A stretch of 64,000 bases of DNA from Thermoplasmatota archaeon (GTDB lineage: Archaea; Thermoplasmatota; Thermoplasmata; UBA10834): positions 135,874 to 199,873 of the forward strand of contig JAHIRF010000002.1 of assembly GCA_018818785.1 (NCBI GenBank), in the 5' to 3' direction. Below, piece after piece: positions 17,933 through 27,987 of the stretch; the stretch's first letter is position 1; each line of letters opens with the position of its first letter. Below the pieces are notes generated by a model, which saw nothing but the letters and a program-made list of their open reading frames with translations, was not told where the DNA came from and searched no databases. Made by a program: the position numbers and the translations under genes.

Positions 17933-18525
17933 CAATGAGACGATTCGTCGTATTGGGCCATAGGGCCATCACGTCTGCTGATTTCAAACTCGATGACCTC
18001 TGCGGGTCAACCGGTCGGTTGGATATCCTCCTCAGATGCGTCAATTCGGCGTTCTTCCTATCACATTCGATCCGAAGGGATGTGGAGATCACGCTCATGC
18101 TCCTCGGAGAGCCCAACCCACCAAAGACCATACGGATCGACGGCTCGGAGGTCAAATACCTCAATCCTGACGAGAGGAGCACCGCCGCCCTGATAAGGAA
18201 CGCACTCATGCAGAAGGGCGAGGGCGAGAGAAGGTGCTCTCCGGGCATATATGTCTCTGAGCGGAGCTACCAGGATGTCCTGTCGAACATATCGAAGGAG
18301 TCCCAGATGTACTATCTCAAAGAGGATGGGGCGGACATCAGGTCTTGCGACTTCGTCCAGGACAACACATTCGTCATGGGGGACGATCAGGACCTCACTC
18401 CTGAGGAGGAGGAGATACTGATGAACTACGAGCCGAAGAAGATATCATTGGGACCTGTCAGCTACCACGCGGACCATTGCGTGACACTAGTCAATAACGA
18501 GCTCGACCGAAAGAACATCGCCTAA
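17929..18525 (+). CDS. trmY: tRNA (pseudouridine54-N1)-methyltransferase TrmY (DUF358, SPOUT)
   Basis: 'MRRFVVLGHRA...GRLDILLRCVNSAFFLSHSIRRDVEITLMLLGEPNPPKTIRIDGSEVKYLNPDERSTAALI' matches the TrmY pattern. Confidence 0.72.
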   Translation: MTMRRFVVLGHRAITSADFKLDDLCGSTGRLDILLRCVNSAFFLSHSIRRDVEITLMLLGEPNPPKTIRIDGSEVKYLNPDERSTAALIRNALMQKGEGERRCSPGIYVSERSYQDVLSNISKESQMYYLKEDGADIRSCDFVQDNTFVMGDDQDLTPEEEEILMNYEPKKISLGPVSYHADHCVTLVNNELDRKNIA

Positions 18526-18893
18526 GAATATTTGGTCCCGAGACGCGTGACCCTATTCCCTGCGTCTGGCTCATCCGAATCGCCGTTCTCAGGGTGAACA
18601 TCGAACTTCAGCGAGAACCTGCCTTTTGAGAATTTGATCGCAGCCGACTTGAGACGGCACTTGTACATCCTCACTCTACGACCTTTATAGACCTCCTTGT
18701 CCTGGTCTATGGTAATGAGCCCTGCATCTTCCAGCTCATGTATACGCCTATAGCAGGCCGCGATGGGTATACGGCATAGCTTGCTCAGCTTCTGGGCGGA
18801 CATGGGGGATGTATAGGTGTACGCAAGGATCTTCTGGGAATAATTATCCGCCAGAAGCTTGGACACCTCCTTGGACTTCTCTTCGGGGGTCAT
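18522..18893 (-). CDS. Winged-helix transcriptional regulator, paralog of the 12328..12747 product
   Basis: 'LSKLCRIPIAACYRRIHELEDAGLI' shares the IPIAACYRRI motif with the KaiC-operon regulator. Confidence 0.5.
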   Translation of the reverse strand: MTPEEKSKEVSKLLADNYSQKILAYTYTSPMSAQKLSKLCRIPIAACYRRIHELEDAGLITIDQDKEVYKGRRVRMYKCRLKSAAIKFSKGRFSLKFDVHPENGDSDEPDAGNRVTRLGTKYS

Positions 18894-19048
18894 CTAGCTC
18901 CATTGAATGAGTAATTGCAGCATTTAAGCTGGTTTTCGTCAGGTTATCAGTGGTGATAAGGAACCTGGCAATATCCGGAATGTCCGATTCATACGCGCGA
19001 AACAATTATCTCTCCCGGGTATATGTCCTATCATCGGGAGAAAGTCCC

Positions 19049-20386
19049 ATGCCAGTCTGTCCATTGGATTTCAGGTACGGCAGAGCCGAGATGAAGGAGA
19101 CATTTGACGAGGAGAACCGTCTTCAGCGACTGCTAGATGTGGAGGCGGCGTTGTCGCTGGCTCATGCGAAGGTCGGGAACATCAAACAGGACCATGCAGA
19201 CATCATAAAGAAGACTGCATCCACAAGGTACGTCAAACTCTCTCGGGTGCAGGAGATCGACGCCAAGATAAACCATGAGATAACGGCGTTGATACGCGCG
19301 TTGAGCGAGCAATGTGGCGAGAGCGGGAAATACGTACACGTGGGCGCTACCTCCAATGACATCCTCGATACGGCTGCCGCACTACAGATCAAGGACGCTA
19401 TCGAGATCATCCAGAAGGATCTTGCCGAGTTCAAGAAGGTGCTTGCAGAGAGAGCCAGGGAGCACCGAGACACGATCATGGTCGGAAGGACACATGGCCA
19501 ATATGCCTTGCCGATCACATTCGGACTGAAGGTCGCCAACTACGCTCTCGAGATGCACAGGCAGGAGCAGCGGCTGAGGGAATGCTCCGCACGGATACTC
19601 GTAGGCAAGATGAGTGGGGCGGTAGGTACCGGCGCAGGCTTCGGGCCCAAGGCAACGGAGATCCAGAAGGCAGTGATGGAGGAACTTGGCCTAGGAGTTG
19701 AGGAAGGACCGACCCAGATAGTAGGTCGTGACAGGTATGTCGAGCTCATGTCCGTGCTTACGAACATCGCGTGCTCCATCGAGAAGTTCGCGACGGAGGT
19801 CAGGAACCTCCAGAGAGGGGAGCTTGGAGAGGTATCCGAGCCGTTCGATGAGAACAACCAGGTCGGCAGCTCTACGATGGCGCATAAGAAGAATCCTGTC
19901 ACGGCAGAGAATGTATGCGGCCTAGCGAGGATCGTCCGCGGCTTCATGACACCTGCTTTCGAGAGCGCGATCCTATGGCACGAGAGGGACCTTACAAACT
20001 CATCAGCGGAGCGATTCTTCATCCCGCATTCGTTCATACTCTTGGATGACATGCTCGCAAAGATGACCAAGATGTACGCGGGCCTCGTCGTCAACAAGGA
20101 GCAGATGCAACGCAACCTTGCCAGAGCTGGTAGCGTCATAATGGCAGAATCAGTCATCCTCGCCCTTGTCGGGAAAGGCATGGGCAGACAGGATGCTCAC
20201 GAACTGATACGGAAATGCAGCATGGAATCCCAGCGTGCATGCGAGGATTTCAAATCATATCTGATGGCGAACAAGGACGTAACTGGCCTGCTGTCGGAGG
20301 CGGATATAGATGCCGCATTGGATCCCAGGGCGTATCTTGGTACGACGGGACAGACTGTGGACAACATTCTAAAAATTGTAGGCTGA
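19049..20386 (+). CDS. purB: Adenylosuccinate lyase
   Basis: Fumarate-lyase signature 'GSSTMAHKKNP'. The N-terminus 'MPVCPLDFRYGR' is typical of PurB. The ORF extends upstream to 18950, but 19049 is the likely start. Confidence 0.88.
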   Translation: MPVCPLDFRYGRAEMKETFDEENRLQRLLDVEAALSLAHAKVGNIKQDHADIIKKTASTRYVKLSRVQEIDAKINHEITALIRALSEQCGESGKYVHVGATSNDILDTAAALQIKDAIEIIQKDLAEFKKVLAERAREHRDTIMVGRTHGQYALPITFGLKVANYALEMHRQEQRLRECSARILVGKMSGAVGTGAGFGPKATEIQKAVMEELGLGVEEGPTQIVGRDRYVELMSVLTNIACSIEKFATEVRNLQRGELGEVSEPFDENNQVGSSTMAHKKNPVTAENVCGLARIVRGFMTPAFESAILWHERDLTNSSAERFFIPHSFILLDDMLAKMTKMYAGLVVNKEQMQRNLARAGSVIMAESVILALVGKGMGRQDAHELIRKCSMESQRACEDFKSYLMANKDVTGLLSEADIDAALDPRAYLGTTGQTVDNILKIVG

Positions 20387-20430
20387 CGAAAGTTAGAAAT
20401 ATCTCTCGTCAGCTCCCCAGCTAGCATACG

Positions 20431-20502
20431 GGCCCTTAGATCAGTGGAAGATCGCTTCCTTCGCAAGGAAGAGGTCGTGGGTTCAAATCCCACAGGGTCC
20501 AT
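20431..20502 (+). tRNA. tRNA-Ala (anticodon CGC)
   Basis: 72-nt cloverleaf. Acceptor GGGCCCT/AGGGTCC with G3:U70, anticodon loop TTCGCAA, T-arm GTGGG-TTCAAAT-CCCAC. No encoded CCA. Confidence 0.85.
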
Positions 20503-20538
20503 TCTAAGCCTGACTGGCCAATTTTCAATCAGCCGGAA

Positions 20539-21696
20539 TTGATTTCTCCCCTGTCCCAACAAACTCCTTCATCTTCTTTCTCTTCCGAAGCCTCCCGGGA
20601 CCATGAAGATTATCGAATCTTTCAGTATGTCAACGACTTCGAGGAGGTCAGGCTCAAGCTAGTAAAGGGCAAATTAGACCTGAACCTGCCTGAGGACCGG
20701 GATCTATGCATAAAACTCTATCAGAAATGGGTCACAGACGACAATTACATGGTTCTGAGAAAAATCGACCCTCGTGGACCAATCGAGTATCAGGTATGCA
20801 AGGCTCGCAAGCGTGGAAACGATGTAGACGCATACAGGATCCATCGACAGCTTCGCATCATAAAGGACTCAATCGTCGAATATGCTCAAAGCAATCAACG
20901 CCTGAGGGCTACTAGGGCCGTCCATGTGACGGGCACGATTGACCCTAGATTGGTCGATAATGATCTCGAATACGCTTGGCAGTACCTTGGATACTGGTTC
21001 AATATGTTCCTGGCAAGCCTGAGAAAGCGATGTGTCAGAAACATCACGCTCAAGGAAGAGAAGGAAAAAGCCAAGGAACTCAAGATTCGAGTATATCGGT
21101 CCTGGGAGTCCCATGGATCGGGATGGCCCCATTTCCATGCTATTCTATGTTTTGAGGGATACTCCTGGACAATCTTCCAAGATTCAAAGTCGAGGTGGCG
21201 ACTCAATGACAAGGACACATTCCAAGATGCTTGGAGCTTCGGATGGATAGATGTAGTAGCCCTCACCCCTGGCACGACTAACAAGAATGTCGAGAAGGTC
21301 GTATCGTATGTCAGCAAGTATGTGGGCAAAGGGGCCACTGAGATGGATTATCGTCATGTGGAATCCTGGCCTCGAAAGAGACTCCTGACCGAATCGCTTT
21401 TATGGTACTTTGGCAAAAGGTCATATTCGATCAGTCGTGGGCTATTGGAGGGACATGACCACCCTAACGACTTGAAAAAACGTATAAGCACAATTCAAAC
21501 GAACATAGAAGGAGAATGCGTCCCAGAGCTTGAAATTGTGTGGGAATTCATTGGAATGGTGCGCGGAAAAGACACCGAATTGGATGGCTACACCTGGGTC
21601 AAGACGTATACGGATCCACCTGATTGGCTAGACCTATGCTGGAAACCTTGTCGTAGCTACGTGGGAACATGTTGGATGAATACTTGGGGGAGTTGA
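20539..21696 (+). CDS. rep: Rolling-circle replication initiator (HUH superfamily Rep)
   Basis: Motif 1-like 'AVHVTGTI', HUH motif 'WPHFHAILCF', Tyr motif 'VSYVSKYVGK'. First gene after the tRNA att site. Confidence 0.6.
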   Translation: MISPLSQQTPSSSFSSEASRDHEDYRIFQYVNDFEEVRLKLVKGKLDLNLPEDRDLCIKLYQKWVTDDNYMVLRKIDPRGPIEYQVCKARKRGNDVDAYRIHRQLRIIKDSIVEYAQSNQRLRATRAVHVTGTIDPRLVDNDLEYAWQYLGYWFNMFLASLRKRCVRNITLKEEKEKAKELKIRVYRSWESHGSGWPHFHAILCFEGYSWTIFQDSKSRWRLNDKDTFQDAWSFGWIDVVALTPGTTNKNVEKVVSYVSKYVGKGATEMDYRHVESWPRKRLLTESLLWYFGKRSYSISRGLLEGHDHPNDLKKRISTIQTNIEGECVPELEIVWEFIGMVRGKDTELDGYTWVKTYTDPPDWLDLCWKPCRSYVGTCWMNTWGS

Positions 21697-21697
21697 G

Positions 21698-21907
21698 ATG
21701 TTCGTTTGCGACGGATGTCAACATGAATTCGATTTTCTAATGATTATCTGTGGCCTAGCGTTGTGCAATGAATGTCTTAAACCGTACGATGACGCATTAT
21801 CGGAATGTCAATCGCATAAAGAATTGGACATTGTGGGTCGACGGATACGTTCGGATATTCTGTCTTTTCGAAAAGGGGAGAGAGTCAATAAGTGTTTTAG
21901 AGAGTAG
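21698..21907 (+). CDS. Small zinc-finger protein (element cargo)
   Basis: 69 aa, 'CDGCQHEF...CGLALCNEC' Cys4-type pattern. Confidence 0.35.
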   Translation: MFVCDGCQHEFDFLMIICGLALCNECLKPYDDALSECQSHKELDIVGRRIRSDILSFRKGERVNKCFRE

Positions 21908-21926
21908 TGGTCGGAGGTCGTCAGTC

Positions 21927-22787
21927 TCATGATTCGTTATGCTTTTCGCAAGTGATAGTTCTTGTATTGATTTCCTTGAGCAGTTCTTTGACTCCAGGCA
22001 ATTTCGTCAGAGAGCGTTGCCATCGGTCGAATGATTCAGTATAGAATTCAATGACAAAACCTTCGGAGAAGACAAGCAAAGTACGGTCTGGACGATTGAG
22101 GAATGCGAGTTCTAGATTCTTAGGCTTGATCTCGTCTTCGAATTTCCACTCGTACTTTTGATTCTTGCTTACCCTTTTGTCCTTGCGGTTGATGAATTCG
22201 TCGATTTCGAAGGTGAGATTATCTGGATCTTCTTGATTCAGTAGCGGCATTATTGCGTCTCTCAATGGTCCGCTTTTCAGAACCATGGCTTTTCTATGCT
22301 TCGGAGGGTGGATGAATCGAGATAAGGATTTCTTGAAGTAGAGATTCATTCTTTCCATGTCTTTCTTGTTATTGACTGATGTGATCTTTGGCGGAGGAGA
22401 ACCCGGCCTCGAAAGGAGAATCATGAAAGAGTTCAGAAACTCTTCAATCGTGATGAGTCTGTAATATTTATGAGCTTTTTCTCGGTCTGGTTCTCTTTCG
22501 TCAGTGAGGTGGGGTTCGAATCCAAGCGACTTCTGAACCAGACCCAGATGGACAGATGGGTCAATACTTGCGTGTGCCTTCACAATTGTTTCGTATTCGT
22601 TGATTTGTTTTGATACAATTTTGAGAATTGCGATTCCTTCAGCTGAAATCGTCATCTTCTTCTTGATGTGCTTCTTGCTCATCCTTTCGGAATAATATTG
22701 CTTTGATATAAAGCGTGAGAGGTATGGATCGAATGCTGTTGCTTGTGAGGATAGAATAATGCCTTTAGGCTGCCGAAACCGAATCAA
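21927..22787 (-). CDS. Hypothetical protein (element cargo), AT-rich codon usage
   Basis: 286-aa ORF, K/E-rich, no motif recognized. Confidence 0.35.
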   Translation of the reverse strand: MIRFRQPKGIILSSQATAFDPYLSRFISKQYYSERMSKKHIKKKMTISAEGIAILKIVSKQINEYETIVKAHASIDPSVHLGLVQKSLGFEPHLTDEREPDREKAHKYYRLITIEEFLNSFMILLSRPGSPPPKITSVNNKKDMERMNLYFKKSLSRFIHPPKHRKAMVLKSGPLRDAIMPLLNQEDPDNLTFEIDEFINRKDKRVSKNQKYEWKFEDEIKPKNLELAFLNRPDRTLLVFSEGFVIEFYTESFDRWQRSLTKLPGVKELLKEINTRTITCEKHNES

Positions 22788-22977
22788 GAGGGGGTATGAG
22801 CGCAGTTGCGTTAGAGGCGTTCTAGAGGGGGCTTGGAAGAGGTCAGATGAAGAGGGAGGGAACAGAAGAAGACTGGTAATGAGAGTTGGCTCTTAGCCTG
22901 GTGGCAGGACTGAATGGGGATTCCCCGGAAGCCTTTATGTAGCGAGTTGACGGTCAGAGAAGACAAGGGGTGGAATT

Positions 22978-23268
22978 GTGAATAGCAGTGAACCCGATTC
23001 AGATCAGGGAGAACCAACCTGGTTCAAGACATGGTGGGAGAGGGAGGAGAAACGTCGCTCGAGACGCGAGCTGACTGAAGGCGGTTTTGGCATATTCACC
23101 ATCGGTCTCGGAGGCATCGCAGTCGGTCTGGGATTGGCCGCACTTGAGGACGCCAATACTGTGGCGGTTGCCCAAGTCCTCTTGGTCAGCATGTTCGCCA
23201 TGATTGTGGGGATGGTGATAGCTATGGCCAGTCTGTTCGGTTACAGGCGGAAAAGGGGTCCCAAATGA
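22978..23268 (+). CDS. Small membrane protein (element cargo)
   Basis: 96 aa, 2 TM after a charged N-terminus. Confidence 0.35.
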   Translation: MNSSEPDSDQGEPTWFKTWWEREEKRRSRRELTEGGFGIFTIGLGGIAVGLGLAALEDANTVAVAQVLLVSMFAMIVGMVIAMASLFGYRRKRGPK

Positions 23269-23435
23269 CGAATTTTCTGGAGGGACTTGTTGGCTTATCT
23301 GTTGGTTTGGTGCTTTCCGCGATTATAGCAAATGCTCTATGGACGATACAGCCAATTGGTACAGTGCTGATTGGTGTCATAGATGTCGTGGCCGTCGTCG
23401 CATACGTCAAGGGATTGGCGGGTGGCAGAGGATAG
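23265..23435 (+). CDS. 56-aa two-TM peptide. Its ATG overlaps the stop of the 22978..23268 gene (ATGA).
   Basis: Direct translation gives 'MTNFLEGLVGLSVGLVLSAIIANALWTIQPIGTVLIGVIDVVAVVAYVKGLAGGRG'. Below the ORF-track length threshold. Confidence 0.3.
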   Translation: MTNFLEGLVGLSVGLVLSAIIANALWTIQPIGTVLIGVIDVVAVVAYVKGLAGGRG

Positions 23436-23493
23436 AGTCCGGTTCTAATCTGACTGGGAGAAGACCATAGAGTGGAAATGTGCCACTCGAGCA

Positions 23494-24045
23494 TTAGTAG
23501 AGTTTGCCTCGCTCATATCTGAACGAAGCGTGCTCATGCTTCTTGTCTCGTAACACTGATCTGAACAGGCTAGGGTACTCGATTTCCTCAAGAGGTAGGC
23601 AATAGACTTCGTCTGGCATTGACGGCTCTCCCCCTAGGCCCAGAACCATAAACACAGTCTCTGGACATACTCCCTTCTGAAAGCTGCGATACGCTTCCAG
23701 GCGGTCCTGTTCACATATCTTGAACTTGTCATCATAGAGTCTGGCTCTCCATTTCGCTTCGACCCAGAACTTGTCCCTGCTCCTTCGGTCCTTTATGTAG
23801 AGGTCCGGCTTTCTGCTGCCTTCGGGATCATCCCTCTGCTTGATTTCGAAATCGCGATTCGGAAACATGTTTTCCACGAACGCTTCGAAATCCTTGCCTT
23901 TCGCATACTGGACAGGATCATAGTTTCGCTTCAATTGAACCAATCCCGGACATTGATGACAAGGAGACCAGATAGTTGTTTCGGAAGGTCCCGCCTGGGT
24001 CTCCAGGCTTTTTTGCTCAGAAAAGCCCAGAGAGAGGAGACACAA
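23494..24045 (-). CDS. PD-(D/E)xK nuclease-fold protein (restriction-endonuclease-like / NERD-like)
   Basis: 'RKPDLYIKD...KFWVEAKWR' gives D...(D)-x(n)-E-x-K spacing. 183 aa. Confidence 0.45.
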   Translation of the reverse strand: MCLLSLGFSEQKSLETQAGPSETTIWSPCHQCPGLVQLKRNYDPVQYAKGKDFEAFVENMFPNRDFEIKQRDDPEGSRKPDLYIKDRRSRDKFWVEAKWRARLYDDKFKICEQDRLEAYRSFQKGVCPETVFMVLGLGGEPSMPDEVYCLPLEEIEYPSLFRSVLRDKKHEHASFRYERGKLY

Positions 24046-24133
24046 TCAGGATTACGTTGTCTGCGTACCTCAATCCAAAAAGCATAATTCTCATTGATTA
24101 CCAGCCAAGCACCCGTATTCTGAGGGGAGATGC

Positions 24134-25159
24134 TTGGCTTATGGTGGCAAAGGAACTAATCGGAGTATGACAATTAGGTGCCTATATGTTGGTTTGCCAA
24201 CAGGGAGGTTGACAGATACGGAGAGCGAATCGGAGACTAGAAGTCACAACAAGAAGGTTGATAGCATCAACAAATCAGGCTATGGTTTCCAGAGAAAGAT
24301 TGCACTTGAGATCTCTAGCACCGAGAAATGGGATGTTGAGATTGAGAAGCCCCTCGTAAGATTCGAAGAAAGGTCGGTGGAAGAGGTCAAGGTTGACATC
24401 TTAGCTCGCTCCAGACGGAAGTTCAGCGATATGCCTAGAGCAGTTTCTGTGATTGAATGCAAGAGACATGATCCCAAGTATTCAGAATGGCTCTTCTTCT
24501 CTCGAGGCAGCAATCTTGGAGAGATTGAAGGTCGAGAGAAATTCCCATCAGTTTGGTGTCACCTCACCGGTGGCAGTTATTCCTTCGATAACAAACATCA
24601 CAAGACGGGTAGAATGGGGATGTACGAGGGTTATTTCCCAAGTCTGGCTGAATGGGCTGATATCAAATACAGTGATTCTTTTGGGGTTCCGACGAGGCGC
24701 GATGGTACGATTGGTGCCGCAGACTCAGGAGTGATTCAGCATGCTGCTAACCAGGTGGCTCGGGGAGTGCTCGGCGCTGTTCATAGCCTCCACGAATACC
24801 GAAACTCGCGGAGGAAAGAGCGATTTCTTCCTCTTACGGGGAATCATCTAGTCCTTCCAGTCCTTGTCACAACTGCTCCAATTTACGTGTGCCATGTTGA
24901 TGATGCAGCCACGGACTTACTGCAGGGCAGTATTCCTCCCGACGGTCTAGAGACTGAATCGAAGAAGTGTCTGCTATTCAGATATTCGCTCCCTATAGGT
25001 CTTTGGTTCCCACCTGATACGCTCGCAGGAGACGGATTGCCGGACCTGACGTCACTCTCCGTATGGGTAGTCAGTTCATCATTCTGCAAAGAGTTCTTTT
25101 CGCTCGTTGACAAAGACGCTGCTCATTGGCAAGAAATGGCTCCGATTCAGGGACAGTGA
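24134..25159 (+). CDS. Putative PD-(D/E)xK-like nuclease / hypothetical protein (element cargo)
   Basis: 'VKVDILARSRRKFSDMPRAVSVIECKRHD' is a candidate D...E-x-K motif. 341 aa. Transcribed divergently from the 23494..24045 gene. Confidence 0.35.
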   Translation: MAYGGKGTNRSMTIRCLYVGLPTGRLTDTESESETRSHNKKVDSINKSGYGFQRKIALEISSTEKWDVEIEKPLVRFEERSVEEVKVDILARSRRKFSDMPRAVSVIECKRHDPKYSEWLFFSRGSNLGEIEGREKFPSVWCHLTGGSYSFDNKHHKTGRMGMYEGYFPSLAEWADIKYSDSFGVPTRRDGTIGAADSGVIQHAANQVARGVLGAVHSLHEYRNSRRKERFLPLTGNHLVLPVLVTTAPIYVCHVDDAATDLLQGSIPPDGLETESKKCLLFRYSLPIGLWFPPDTLAGDGLPDLTSLSVWVVSSSFCKEFFSLVDKDAAHWQEMAPIQGQ

Positions 25160-25171
25160 TACAGGAAGAAT

Positions 25172-26500
25172 TCATTCTTCTGAAATGATGTCTCTGAAGT
25201 CCTCGAATGTCTCTGGATAGAAGACCTCGATGTCACACGGGATTTCAGAGAATTCCTTTAATGACAGAATATTGTCGACGACGGATGCTCCAACGCACTG
25301 GGGGATATTCGTTACAAGGTATGCGCTGCTAACGTGAATATCGGCCTTGTCATAGGTCCTCCAATGATTGGAAAGCTGGTTGAGATCTTCACGGATTTGC
25401 GATTCCAGGGTTCGTCCAGGTGAGTCGAGATGGTGAACCTTAGATTCGACGATTCCAATTTCGTTCTCATCCTCCATTTGAAATACCGCGTCCTTCTCGG
25501 TGTCATCGGCCAGTCCTTCCACATATACACCAGGTGCCCAGCTGCGGCCGCTTTCTCGGAGGCTCCAGTGTACCGTGGTGCCCAGCAAACCGTCGCGGGC
25601 ATCCAGCAATTTGGCAAGTGGCGATTTTGGGTAGTAGAATGTACCCACAGCCATTTCGGACTTGCAGACTGGGCAGGTCGAGACCGGAGGGTCCTGGCTA
25701 GCTACCGCAAAGTACGATTGAGGATGTTTCCTGCATTGAGTGCACCAAACTAGCGATGTCGCCGGGGACAAGAGACAGAAGCGGTCGGCAAGCTGTTTTA
25801 GTGTGCGGTGATATTCTTCATAGCTCTGTCTGGAGGACACAAGGAGATTTTCTAGGTGCTTCCGGCCGAATTGCAGCGCACCATATTTCCATATTGAAAA
25901 AATGCTAGCTAGGGCAGGAACCACCAAATCTCCGGCTCTGCTCGTGATTGTGTTTACGACTTTTCTTAGCCCATCTTCACTGTACATCTGAATGATTCTG
26001 TTTGTTACCTCTCTGGTGACGATCTCCGTCCTGATCTCTTCCTCTCGTTCAGTTTCAAGTGATGGAAGCTTCGCGGTCGTTTCCTGAAACTGCTCTTCAA
26101 AACCCGCGAGAATATCAGGTAGGATTGGAAGAAACCTATTCAAGGCGTCGTATACATGGACTCGGAGCTCGGCGTCAGACTTGCTTGCTTCGTAGGCCAA
26201 TGGATCGTGGTCACGGAAGGGCATGCTTTCATCATAAAAGATGGGGAGAACAACTCCCTTGAATGGCATGTAGTCATGCCTGTGGCGCCAGAGAAACTTG
26301 CGAATGTCCTCCTCCGTCGCGACCGCGTCAAAAAGCTGTGTAAGTTCTGGGACCGATTGAATGGTCTTCAACGAATTCAGCTGGTCTGAATCACACTTCA
26401 GCTTCCTTTTGGAGCCGTCCCTGAGGGTGACCGTTTCAAGAATGTTCATTAGGTCATGGTCATCGATTTTCACAGCCCTCGGATGGGGTCTACATGCCAT
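25172..26500 (-). CDS. Large hypothetical protein with an internal zinc ribbon (element cargo)
   Basis: 442 aa, 'CTQCRKHPQ...CPVCKSE' zinc ribbon, no other recognizable domain. Confidence 0.35.
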   Translation of the reverse strand: MACRPHPRAVKIDDHDLMNILETVTLRDGSKRKLKCDSDQLNSLKTIQSVPELTQLFDAVATEEDIRKFLWRHRHDYMPFKGVVLPIFYDESMPFRDHDPLAYEASKSDAELRVHVYDALNRFLPILPDILAGFEEQFQETTAKLPSLETEREEEIRTEIVTREVTNRIIQMYSEDGLRKVVNTITSRAGDLVVPALASIFSIWKYGALQFGRKHLENLLVSSRQSYEEYHRTLKQLADRFCLLSPATSLVWCTQCRKHPQSYFAVASQDPPVSTCPVCKSEMAVGTFYYPKSPLAKLLDARDGLLGTTVHWSLRESGRSWAPGVYVEGLADDTEKDAVFQMEDENEIGIVESKVHHLDSPGRTLESQIREDLNQLSNHWRTYDKADIHVSSAYLVTNIPQCVGASVVDNILSLKEFSEIPCDIEVFYPETFEDFRDIISEE

Positions 26501-26682
26501 AAACCTTCAGGTCCGGTATTAGGTCTACTACAGACTATAGACTGTAGAAAGTAGTCAGTTATCTTACTGGCCTTGGGGCGAACCGCAAGATACAAATGCA
26601 CGAAGTCTGTTAAGATTTATGGATCGTGTAACCTGGAATTTTGGCTTTGGTCTGATTCCTTTCGCGGCCTAGTGGCCCTCTG

Positions 26683-27987
26683 TTGTATTTAATTTTGATA
26701 TTGTTGATCCAGCCAGCACGACTAGGTTGCGAAAGATTGATCAACAAAGGAGACGAAGAATCGTCGTGGGCGGGCAGTTGGCGCTTGAGAGAAAACGTTA
26801 ACTCCCTAGATAGTGATGTAACGAGCGGTCCTGAGGATGGGACAACTCAGGACCGCAAGGGATACAATGAACCCGGTCGTGAACCCAGATCGGGGCAGGG
26901 GAGACGGAAGAGCTCGACGCATAGAAGAAGGAAGCCAGGAAGGGAGCGTGGTCCGAGGTCAAATGGCCCTTATCCGTTCCTGACTGAGCTTAAGGTCTAT
27001 CTGAAGGACGTGGAGCATGCACATGCGGAATCCACACTGACAGACATGGCAAGGAAGCTGCGGCATATCCATGATGTTCTCAAGGAGCTGAAATCGAAGG
27101 GACTTGTACAGACTACAAGTCCCCGAAAGATGGGAGAACAAGAGATCTTTGCATTTGTTGCATGGATGAACGCCAAGGATGGCCTGCGTTCAAGGCCTTT
27201 GGGCGAAGCCACTCAGAAGAAGACGCTTCACCAGTTGAAGAGCTTCCTGGCGCATCTCGACAATGGCGTAATCGACAGAATGCTGAAGAAGAAGCAGCTG
27301 AGGATGCCGCGAGAACGGAATGTTCCTCGTGAATCGTTTGAGGCGGATGAGCTTGCCCAGATTATGACGAGTCTCAAAGAGGCGGCTGCCAAGGGGTCAA
27401 TGAATGCCTTCGGCGTGTTTGGCCATGCTCTGTTCTGCGGATATGCGGGCACGAGACTCAAGGAGGTCAGGCTAGCTCAGAGAGGCGACTACTTGGCCAA
27501 GTTCTATGAATTGACCGTGCTTCATCCAAAGGGCGAGAAGTCCTGGGGAGATCCACGAATAGCACAAATCTGCCCTCCTGGGAGGCCGTTCGCCGACGAT
27601 TTCATGGCTATGCGCGACCGAGAGCTAAGGAAGTCCGACATCCTTGACAGCAAGGCGATCCCATTGGTGCCTAGAGTCATAGGAGGCAGAGTCGAACGCT
27701 GGCCAGATTCGGTCCTTCATAACGTGAAGTGCGAGGTCGAGCGTGACCGTATGCTGCAGTTCGACTTTCGCAAGCTGAGAAGAACTTACGGCCAGAACGC
27801 TTTAGATGCCGGTACGCCAATGGACTTCGTGAGTGGAGCTCTAGGTCACGCACACGTGGCGACGACTCAAAGGTCCTACGTCCGTCTGAAAAGCAGTAGA
27901 GTCTTTGCGGAGATAGACCGTGCCTATGCGAATGCGTCTGTAAATTCAATCCCCGTTGATTGCGATAAGGCCAGGTGTTCGAAATGA
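26683..27987 (+). CDS. int: Tyrosine recombinase / phage-type integrase. The true start is probably internal, near 27046; the first ~120 codons of the ORF are low-complexity.
   Basis: Catalytic region 'FRKLRRTYGQNALDAGTPMDFVSGALGHAHVATTQRSYVRL' shows the R...HxxR...Y pattern. Confidence 0.72.
   Translation: MYLILILLIQPARLGCERLINKGDEESSWAGSWRLRENVNSLDSDVTSGPEDGTTQDRKGYNEPGREPRSGQGRRKSSTHRRRKPGRERGPRSNGPYPFLTELKVYLKDVEHAHAESTLTDMARKLRHIHDVLKELKSKGLVQTTSPRKMGEQEIFAFVAWMNAKDGLRSRPLGEATQKKTLHQLKSFLAHLDNGVIDRMLKKKQLRMPRERNVPRESFEADELAQIMTSLKEAAAKGSMNAFGVFGHALFCGYAGTRLKEVRLAQRGDYLAKFYELTVLHPKGEKSWGDPRIAQICPPGRPFADDFMAMRDRELRKSDILDSKAIPLVPRVIGGRVERWPDSVLHNVKCEVERDRMLQFDFRKLRRTYGQNALDAGTPMDFVSGALGHAHVATTQRSYVRLKSSRVFAEIDRAYANASVNSIPVDCDKARCSK

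Noticed and set aside
26683-27045. The N-terminal 120 codons of the integrase ORF as a real protein region
   Set aside because: An Arg/Gly/Pro/Ser-rich low-complexity translation upstream of a plausible Met start at ~27046. More likely 5' UTR read through in frame.
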